This document shows, in pieces, positions 53,763 through 64,000 of a stretch of DNA of 64,000 nucleotides. The DNA lies in NCBI GenBank assembly GCA_965202585.1, contig OZ241827.1, positions 55,242,001-55,306,000 of the forward strand, written 5' to 3'. The notes under the pieces were generated by a model. It had not been told where the DNA came from and ran no database searches. It was given only the letters and a program-made list of their open reading frames with translations. The position numbers were made by a program, and so were the translations under genes. Each line of letters begins with the position of its first letter. The stretch's first letter is position 1. Source of the DNA: Thalia democratica. Taxonomy: Eukaryota.

Positions 53763-56700
53763 AAAAAATGTTTTGAATCATTTTTTGTCGTTTAACAAAC
53801 TAACATTTAGTACAAATAAGAAATTTTAGGAAATTGAAAAAAAGATTTGTAGTTTTGTTCTAAATTTGTTTGTAATACTTAGTTTGCTAAAGCCTTCTAC
53901 TAAAAACTTATATTGAATCTTTGTGTAGCTGCTAAACTGCCGAAAGTCACGAAAATCTGGATAAATTATTTATTCATAAAGTTTTGTTTTTTTTTTACAC
54001 AAAAGCTATGGAAAAGAAATATGGAAGAGAGTTTATTTATTATCTAATTTTGTATTTGAAGAACTTAATTATTTGTTTAGAAGACTTGTTTGTGTTAGTA
54101 ATAAATACTTTTGGACTTATTACAATTATTTATTTAATTTGGATTTACTCACATAACTTTTATTTTAGAGAGCTTGTACAAAATGACTAACACTTGCATT
54201 TCGTGTTTCAAGTTGGAAAACTATGATATTATGCTACATTTTTAAACAAGATGCTATAAGTTGTGATGTATAAAGTTTATGTAATTGAGGTTAGAATTAA
54301 GTTACTAGGTTCAAAGTTTTTTGAGACAGCCAAACAAGTTTAATGCATATTATTAAACGTTTCTCGAGATTAGCCAAATTCGCATTTAAAATTTAAACTA
54401 TTCCAATGAAAACTACATACGGCATCACATCTAAAAAAAAAGTATCAATACATTTCGCAAGAAATAAAATTTACAACAGACGAAACAAAAAAGGTTTAAC
54501 ATAGCTGCAATATTATTGCAAGATGGAGACTTTTTTTTATTACGCTTGTTATTATTTTTTATTTTACGTATATATTTTTTTAAATTCAGTCTAGAAACTT
54601 ATAAACAGTATATATTACATCAAACAACTAAAAACAAACAGTTCACAACGTATGACGAAACAATTTGCTAAGAGTGCAACCGTACTGCTGCAGCCAAAAG
54701 AAATTGTTAAATGTACTTAGGGTTAGTTTGACAGCATGAACTTTCTGCATAAAACTTATAAAATTGTTTACTATGAAATTGTCTGCTAATTTGAAACAAC
54801 AGTAGTTTTGTTTAGTAAGTTTTGACAAAATTTCATATCAGTTTAATGTTCCAAGTTCCAACATGTTAGTTGCAGCAGTTGTGATAAAAACTATTTTATT
54901 TGTCTTGGTAAGTTACCGTACTATTTCAAAACGATAAAATAGTTTTTTTTTGTCGCTATTGTTATCAAGTTAATTATTAAGTTTTTAATTTAGTAGTTTT
55001 TTCAAGTAGTTTTAGTAGTGATTTTTGTTATTTGTGTTTAATAGCCATTATGTAAAGTTTTATTGATATTTTACATATAATTTCTGCTGCTAACTTTTAA
55101 GGTTATTTTGATTTAAAAAAATAATGTGTACTGTTTTCGAAATAAAGAAAAAAATTAAAAATATTTTTTACATCTAATTCTGAAGTTAAAACAAATTCTG
55201 AAGACAGAAACTAAAAAATAATAGTTTTTTTTTACTGTAGCTATCGTTATTTACTGCATATTGTGTCTAAAACTTAGAAAATATGTCTGATTAACAAACT
55301 AGTAAACAAGTTTTATATTTTAGATTTACAGACATAATCTGTTAATTTTTATTCTTACAACTTTTATTTGTTTATTAATTTATAATCATATTTTGATTTT
55401 AACTAAGTTCATCATTTCAGAAAAACTTTATAATTTATTAAACTCAATAGTGCTTGTATTAGAGCTGTAAATTTTTAATACTTAATTTAATATTGAAATT
55501 ATAGATATTAAATTAATCTTCAGAAAAAAGTAATTGCTACGTGACTTAAACTGAAAGTGTTAAAAATAATTTCAACTGCTTAATACTTTGCAGTATAGAT
55601 TTAGACGTATAAGTAGTTAGAGTTTTTTATTTTCTTATTCTACATAAAAGTGATTTAAAGCTTGAAACAACAAACAAAAAAACTTAGCAAAACTTTGATA
55701 TTTACGAGCTAAGTTCTAATTAAGCTTGTAAATATAAAATAGTATTAGTATAAGTACTCGTATAATAGTGTTTTAAAGGCAAATAATTATGTCGATAATA
55801 GTATATAAAAAAAAGAACACAAGATTTTTTTTAACTTTACTGCCATCAAATGATTTTATCTGTTTAAATTAAAAGGTTTAATAAAACACTATTGTAATTA
55901 ACTGTTTAGTCTCTCTATCACCATATTAAAAAGAGTTTACTTACTTATGTTTAAACATGTGTGTGGTTTGTTTATTGATAAATAGAATGAACAAAATCAA
56001 AAACTTGACCGCTGAAACTGGGCTTACTTTTTGATTGTGTTATTTGTTGAAAAAATAACTGTAATAAGTTAAAAGTATTTTTATAAAAACATTAGACCTT
56101 AGGCATATCTATGTAATGATTAATACTTAGTAGGTAGCAGTTACTTAGATAAAAACTTATAAGTTTTTACAATATATCTAGAAAAAAAAAAAAAGAAAAA
56201 AAAAAAGAAAACATGATATACTGTTACTAAAACGATAAACACTAATATTTTTTTACTCAATAAAAAACATTCTGTCTAATTACATAACCAAGTTAATTTT
56301 ATTACAATTTAACTTTATTAAAAAGCATACAGTTTTAAAATTGATTTACAATTTTTTTTTTAAACGATAGTTTATTTCAGTGACGACACATCTTAAGTAA
56401 GTGATGTGGAAAACTTTTGAATGTCTAAAACTCCCCCTCTTAAAATTTTTGGTTCGGGCGGCTATATCAGCAGCTTTTTTTAATTTTATCATTTCGGATG
56501 ATATTTCTTTCAAAATTAGTAAAAACAAAGCTACTATACAAAAATGTTATTAACGTAAAAATATGACCCTTTTTGAGGAATTGAAAGTAGTTTTTTCATT
56601 TGAACATATCAATTAAAATGATTGTTATTCAATAATTTTCAAAACCTGAGTAACCAAAAACTAACCTGAGTTGCATCAAACTGATTTAGACTGAATTTAA

Positions 56701-57457
56701 GATTTTTAGGAAATTTCATTTTTGTAATTTTCTTGTAGATCTAGCCTAATAATTAAAAATAACATCATAATTAACCTCAAATTTCCATAAAATGTCAATT
56801 AAAACTTTTTATCTTTTTAAACATAAATTAGAATTTACTAAAGTAGCTTTATTAATAAGAAAGATATCCAATGCCGAAGTTGAGAAAAACGAAAGGAATA
56901 TTCAACTTTATGAGCAAAGAAATTTCGTTGACTGGAAAAGTTATTCCAAAATGCATCAAACTTAGTAGATTGCACTAGTCATTAGTTATAAAAACTATCT
57001 AACCAGGATCAAAAAAAAAAGATTCTCAATTTTACCTTATACCGAAATACCACATCACACATTACAAACCTATTTTTCCCCTCTACAACGTTTTTGATTT
57101 AGTTTTTACTATTACTAATTTTTGTATTCATACTCCTAATGTCAATCTTAATTCGAGTTAAAGCGTAATCATAGAATTCTAAAGGCTTTGACTTTAAAAA
57201 ATCAACCAAAATGTTTAAATATTTTTACTTTGCAGCAATTAGTGCAGTATTCGATGAATCTTTTATTAGTAAATTCTCGTATAAAAAGTCAAGCTGTTTT
57301 TTTAACATGGTATGGGCGTTCACCTTAAAATCAGTAGCTTTGCAATTCAGTATTTGTTTCTTTTTTTCAAAAATGACATGACAAAGAAAAAGTCTTTTTA
57401 AGTACTTAGGACCGTTTAAAATCATTATCTATTAATTTATCTTACTTAAAAAAAAAT

Positions 57458-60400
57458 GGGAGCCGATCATTTCTAACCCGCTATAATTTCTAACCCGATC
57501 ACTTCTAACCTTATTATTTCTAACCCGATTAATTTAACCGGATCATTTCTAACCCGATCATTTATAACCCAATCACTTCTAACCCGATCACTTCTAGCCT
57601 GATCGTTTCTAACCCATTTTACTAGTTTATTTTATTTGTATCTTTTAATCTGGTTTTTATGCAAAAACAAACTAGTCTTAATAAAGTTATTAAAATAATA
57701 ATAAACTTTTAAATTTTTAATTACTTTAAAACATAATGATTTTAATGTGTTACATAAAAATATTTTTAGTATAAATTTTAGTTTTAGTATTAACTTAAAA
57801 TAATTCAAATTTATTTTTATTACCTCATTTTTTGATTTTTTATTCTACACATAATTTTTTTTTTTTTTTATTATGTCATATTTTTTGTTTTTTCAATCTA
57901 CTTTAACGGACGTTTTTCGTTAATCATATACAATTTACTTGATCGTTTACTTTACAATATTTTGAACTCTTCTTTGTAGGATTTTGAAGTAAGCAGTTAT
58001 AATTATATTTCAGTTGGATTTTACTGTGATTCACGTGACTATAATAATTTTAACATTAGTAAATTTTAAAAAGTAAACCTTTACAATTATAATATTAAGA
58101 TACAAAAACCTTTATATACTAAAAACTACCCTGTATGTCTGGCGTAAATGTTATATTATTGCTGAATAATGTATAAACGTTTTATAGTAGGTTAGTTTTA
58201 AGTTCCATCTAAATGACTTATACAAATTGTTCTACAACTTGCATAGGCCTATAAAGATAATGGAGTTCAAACAAACATTAGGAGAAATAAAATATTTTTG
58301 TTATATTAAGTGGAAAAGCATGACTTTTAGATATAAACTAGCTAATAAAACAGTTATGTCATATAACAAACCGCATAAATATGTTACGTCGATTGATTGA
58401 CCGTCTTGATTTTACATCATTAATAAATTTCTACTTAGTCCTAGAGCAAAAAAAAAGTCAACTATTAATTAAACAGACATGTTTGTTTGTATAACAAGTC
58501 TGAGGGTAATTAAATCTTGCCTAGGTAATCTTTTTTTAAACATTCACTTTAATTTATATAATGTACGAAATATTTTAATTACTACTTAAATTAGTACTTT
58601 AGTTGACAAACATTTTTTTAAAATTTACTTTGTTATGAACAGTTGAAATAACGTAAGTAAAAACGAAACAAGTAATAAAAAAATATTTTGAAATAGAATA
58701 ATAAATTAATTGTACTTAAATATACCTAGGTGCAGTAGTTTATAAAAACTCCATCAAGTTCTTTGTTTCTTTTAATCAACTATTTTTTCAGACGGTTATT
58801 ACACACAACATATTTACTTTTTATTCATTACAGTTAAGCCAGCTTGAAATCTATTGACTTTATTCTCGGTGTTTTTTGCACCTCTAAACTTCTATAAATG
58901 TCATGAGTTTTATCTTCATTAATAACTTAAACCCATTTAATAAGTTTGAAAATACAAACTATTTCCATTGTTTTGTTATGAATTTTTAAGTTATCCAAAC
59001 TAATCTAATAACTTATACTAACATTTCATATTTAATGATCGCTAAATAGTCTAAAGTTTTTGTGTTTTTTGAAGCCTGTGGAACAATAAATTTAAAAAGA
59101 TATCAAGAAACTATTAAAAAGTTTTCTACTTTTAATCGTGAGAAATTGTTTTTGCAATTTTAAATTTCTAAAACTTCTAAGTTTTTATGAAAAATTTAAA
59201 TTTAGTTTGCTCTATATACATCATATTTTAAAAGAAAAAAGCAAAATAATAAGTTTTTGAAACTTAATTTTTATAGTTAAGTTTATCATATAAGATTTTT
59301 TATTTCATATTTAGATTTAATTTACCATTGGCTAAAAGAAAGAAAACTAAATTTAAGTTCTAGTAAATTACAGGTTATAAGTATTAGAAAAAAAACGTCT
59401 ACCTCTACTTTTGACTTTGTATTAAACAGTGTACACTTTCGTTTTAAGAACTTAGAACTTAGTGATAATAACTTTTAATGAAACTACCATACTAATTACG
59501 ATTACTATATTTTATTAACTGTATTATTTCAAGTTGCATATATACTGATATTAATATTCTTAAAAAGTTGCATTTCATATAAACTCGCCCTAAATTTGAA
59601 TGCAGCTTGCCAATCTGGTCTCCATACTCAAAAATACATATTAACCATATTGAATCTCTTCAAAGAAAAGTACAGAATAGATTTTAACTGCTGCAATACT
59701 CATTATATTTCTTACATTGACGACTATCAAAACTTATTACTTTATCTTTAGAATACAGAAGATTTACACTTTTCCTAATGCTCTTCAAAACTAATTAACT
59801 ACAGTTAATTTAGAACTTATTTTGAACCTTATTAAAATAATTAATTACCACGAAAATAAATCAAAAAATGTATGCAGTCATAATTATTTTTCAGTTTAAA
59901 TGTAGAATTAGCTTTTAAACAAAATTAATCTTTGCAAAAAAACGAACAACTTTAATTTAAATTTACTTTATTAAGATAAGATACTTTATACTAGAAACTA
60001 TCAGTAATTTAACAAATTTTAAACTTGTAAAGCATTGATTTAATATGTAGGATTTTGTTCATTTTATAGTTTGATTTTACTAGCAGCGCCTTTTCTCTGT
60101 AAATAATAAACTATTTATCAATATTTTCGATAGATATTTATTTGACCTGTATTCTAAATGTGCTCTGGACTTAAGATTTTAAATTAAGTGGTTAGTCAAT
60201 GCACTTAAATTTTTAATTCTTTTTTCTATTGTGTGTTCCTTAATACCAGTAATGTTTAATTTAATTGAATGGATTACGCTTTGGAAAAGTGACAAAAACA
60301 TTTAATAAAAAAATGAAATACCAAAGGTTGCACAAATGTACAGAACCTAAATCTAAAAGTTAGGATGTGTACTTCCGGTTGATCTTTGAACTAGAAGAAA

Positions 60401-61274
60401 ATTTATTCATGAACTTTTGTAGTTTGTTTAAATTCTTACATTCTAGTATGTTATAAGTGAATTTTATAAAAGCAACCCTAAACCTTATTCTAATGTAGAA
60501 GTGCGTGATTTAGACTATTTTGCTGATTTCTGCACTAAAATCATTGAAATAATTTAGTAAATCTTCTCAATATGTGTTGCTGATTTTCGCAGAGAAGGTG
60601 TTTTGTTGAAAAGAAACTAAAAGTTAATTATAAAATGAAAAATTGTGCAGCTGTGTTTGGTTTTATTGGAACTCACTGATTGTTGAAAGACTTGATGTTT
60701 AAGTTGCTTATTATTAAGTTAAAACCAATTTTGTTAAAAACCATCTACTTTAAATCATAAATAAGTTAATTAGTATTACACTAAAGTGTTGATTTTTTTT
60801 TGCTGTTAATCTATGATAATTAGATAAAACTTTAGTTTTTGATTTTCAGGTATATGAATAATTTTCGTCTCTTTGTTATGTGTCATTAGTTTAAGTAGCT
60901 CAGATTTTGATGCCTGGGCGTAGGACAACAAACTTCCAATAGAAATAAATATCGAAAATTAAATTTTAAAATAAGCTATTTAAAGATTAATTTTTATTTT
61001 AAACACTATAAACTAAATTTATTAAAAAAAATTGTTGAGATTAGCTAGTTTTCTTAACATATCCTTGTTTTAAAACAATAATAAATAAACATATTAATAC
61101 ATATCGAGTTATTAATTGTCGGTTTAGATCGGGTTAGAAATGATCGGGTTAGAAATTGTCTTGTTAGAAAGGATCGGTTTAGAAATTATCGGGTTAGAAA
61201 TGATCGGTTTAGAAGTGATCGGGTTAGAAATGATTGGGTTAGAAATTATACCGAGTCAGAAATGATAATAAACC
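57458..61274. mobile_element. 3.8-kb foldback/MULE-like element with tandem-repeat TIRs
   Basis: About 10 copies of the 15-mer ATCATTTCTAACCCG at 57466-57615 and about 9 inverted copies at 61130-61266; GG...CC termini; 9-bp flanks AAAAAAAAT on both sides (low complexity); no ORF of 60 aa or more inside. Confidence 0.75.
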
Positions 61275-61400
61275 AAAAAAAATTGTTGGTAAAACTTTAA
61301 TATGATCAATACTTATGTACCTTTGGATATTTTTTAAGTATAAAAACATATTTTTGTTAGAACCATGTAAGTTTTAAATATGTAGTTTATCGACAAAAAT

Positions 61401-61493
61401 ACGCTCAAAGTATTTTGTCTTAGGGCACAAAAAAACCGTTCGGTTATCGAGTCGCACGCCACATATATCTTTTAACGTCGTGTCCAGGACAAA
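61401..61493 (+). repeat. Unclassified dispersed repeat, copy 3 of 3
   Basis: GGTTATCGAGTCGCAC...TTTAACGTCGTGTCCAGGACAAA. Confidence 0.6.
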
Positions 61494-61600
61494 TAAAGTT
61501 TTATTAGAACTTCAATCAATCGTTACTTAGAAACTTGATTTATAAAATCAAAGCAGAAAAAAAGCTAAAAGATAAACTAATAAAAAAAAAGAAAAAAAAA

Positions 61601-61812
61601 TTACCGACCGAGGGTAAGAGTTAGGGGTAACAGTGATAATAAAAAAAATAATTAAAAAACCTAATTAAAAAAAAAAAATTAAATCTAATAATTGATAAAA
61701 AACTTAACCCGTGAAAAAATATCTCCATGCAAAAATGTCCCATCGTGCACAAATGTCTTCATGCAAATATATCTTCGTGTAACTTTGTCCGCTCGTGCAA
61801 ATTTGACACCTA
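61601..61812. mobile_element. Right-hand half of the GG-ended MITE family (49984-50565)
   Basis: GAGGGTAAGAGTTAGGGGTAACAGTGATA core, then (G)TGCAAA repeats ending CGTGCAAATTTGACACC. Confidence 0.65.
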
Positions 61813-64000
61813 TCATTTATTTTTAGGAAGCAACACTACCTATTTAAGATTAAATACTTTAAGTATGTTTATTAAATTTCTAGATATGCTTTAGTGACAA
61901 AAAAATTATCATCTTATAAAGTTTGTTTTTTTGAAAATGTCTCTTAAAGTTTTAGATGTAGAAAAAGTAGCTAATTACAAATTTTGTAAACTTTATTAAA
62001 TTAAGTGAAAATTACAACGGATCTTTTAAAGTTTGAAGTACTTTTATTGTAAGTAAAAATAAGTTTTATAAGTTAAACGCTATCTAGAAAATAATTCCGT
62101 CGTTTTTACTTTTTATAAACTAATTTAAGTGCTTTTCTTAACTAACTTAATTAACATGTCTTTTTAATTTTTGAAAATTCTGACAATCCAAATTCTAAAA
62201 AATCTGAGTTAAGAAGTATTAAACAATTATTATTGTACCACCATAATTTTATTAACTAGACCTAAATAAACACATAATAAGTTTTTAAACTTGTTAAAAC
62301 ATAAAAACTTTTAGAATATTATCTTTTATAAAAATAAATACCGTCAAAATCTTAATATTATTAATCTTATCAATAAATTACCGTCACCTACATAATATTT
62401 TTTTTTAAAGATGCGTAACACTTTTTTGAGATGTGGGCCATAGTTGCCAGAATTATTCGGCTATTTTTGCCCACATTCAATTTTTATAGGAAAATTGAAA
62501 TATTTAAATTTATTATTTTATTAGCCTTACAAGCATTGTTATTACAACTTGTAAACTTTGATAAATTATTTTTCAAAATGTTTTGTATGAGGAGATTTAT
62601 GGGATTCCCCTTCAAGTCGTTATGTTATAAACATCAAAATTCGAATTAAAAGTGGTTTATGCTAAGCTAACAGCTATTGTGAAAAAAAGCTGATTTTAAG
62701 ACAAATTTACATTTGGAATCTATGGTTGTGGCCTCTTAATTTTTTTTCTTAAAAACTTTAATTGTCGGAACTTGAACTTTGAGAACTTGATTTTCATGTA
62801 ACCTTTAAATTTCCACATTTAAAGCTTGCAAACAATTTAGTAAAGTTTGTAACGTATTAATCTCACAATACTAAAACTAAAACTAAAACCAGGCTGAATG
62901 ATAAAAAATATTTACAAATTCTGAATTTTAATATGATGCGAATATAGTTACTGAACCTTTTTTTTAATGTATGCGGTTAAAATGTTTAAGAAGTTTTAGC
63001 AAACGAATTCAAACATTGTTACTAAAATATTTTTTGATAATTTGTTACTTATAAAGATATATTTACCTACTTAAAGTATTGTTTAAGTTTTTTTTTTAAC
63101 TAAAATCTTTAACTAAGTAATATTATTTAAGAATAATAATTATTTTAATAACACTTGAACGTGAATTTTCAAATAAATTAAAAACTAGCCCATATTAAGT
63201 TTCTAAGTTCACAGATTGTTTCTTTTCCGGTAACGAAAAGTTTAATCTTAAAAAAATAACTTACACGTTTCAAATTTTTAGAGTTAAGAAATCTCTAAAA
63301 CTAAAAATTTTACAACAATAATATAAGAATATAATTTTATATTATTCAATTTTGTTAAAAAACTTCAAACTAAACAACATTACGGTCAAATAAAGTTGAA
63401 TAGTATTGTTTTTAAAACAACAGACTACAAAGTCACAATAACATATTTACCTTTTATTGTACTTTTAATAGTTTTGTTACGATTTAGTTTTAAAACAAAG
63501 CTTCTGGTCAAAAAAAATTGCTGTAAAATCTGTTTAAGTTTAAGTTTAACTAAAAGAAATCAATTCTTAAACTTTTACGGTTCTTAAATTAGACATTAAA
63601 AGTATTTGTTCGCACTAAAACTTTAACGCTTTGACAATAAAGCACAAAAAAGTTTATATTATACTTTATAGTTGAATAAAATCATAAATTTAACTTCCAA
63701 AAAAGAAAGGTAAAACTTCAGTATCATGTTTATCAATTATCACTTTTTAACAAAACCTTTTTTTATGTTATTAAGTTTCATAAAGCCAAACAATAAGTTA
63801 ACTTCAATTGATAACAAAAGAAGTAAAAAAATACAATAAGGGAAGGCGTGTATTATATTAAATTGAAATACTTTAAAATAAATAAAGCAAATGAAAATCG
63901 CTTATCGTAAAAAGACTTCTTTGAGCGTGAAAAGTTGTAAAGATACTTTGATAAATTATAAAATGAACTGAAAAATATGAGGTTAAGTTGATAAATAAAG

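Noticed and set aside
55193-55232. CTGAAGA-CA-GAAA-CTA...TAG-TT hammerhead-like string
   Set aside because: No room for stem II and stem I mismatches; expected by chance in AT-rich DNA.
57466-57615. Regular short repeats as a CRISPR array
   Set aside because: 15-bp units abut without unique spacers, in a eukaryotic context with no cas genes; explained as transposon TIR arrays.

Overview
Eukaryotic (animal-type) genomic DNA: very AT-rich introns and intergenic DNA with sharply GC-richer exons and GT-AG spliceosomal introns; no tRNA, rRNA or CRISPR array seen. Eight protein genes: the 3' half of an ABCB1/P-glycoprotein gene (14 exons, +), an intronless two-domain trypsin-fold pseudo-protease (+), a 3-exon YtcJ-like amidohydrolase (-), an intronless trypsin-fold protease with intact triad (-), a divergent wolframin (WFS1) gene (+), and RETSAT, TMEM42 and DUSP11 homologues (all -). 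The rest carries DNA-transposon derivatives (pogo/Tigger, hAT, a GG-ended 8-bp-TSD family, a 3.8-kb foldback/MULE-like element). The most striking layer is a set of minimal hammerhead ribozymes (HHRs). One pair lies in the inverted terminal repeats of a Penelope-like element in an ABCB1 intron. One diverged, outward-facing pair brackets the intronless pseudo-protease. One intact HHR lies in a non-coding 326-nt tandem unit with a 5' inversion and a 14-bp target-site duplication, a retrozyme-like element predicted to yield a structured circular RNA. All coordinates and pairings were read by eye; no database search or folding program was run.
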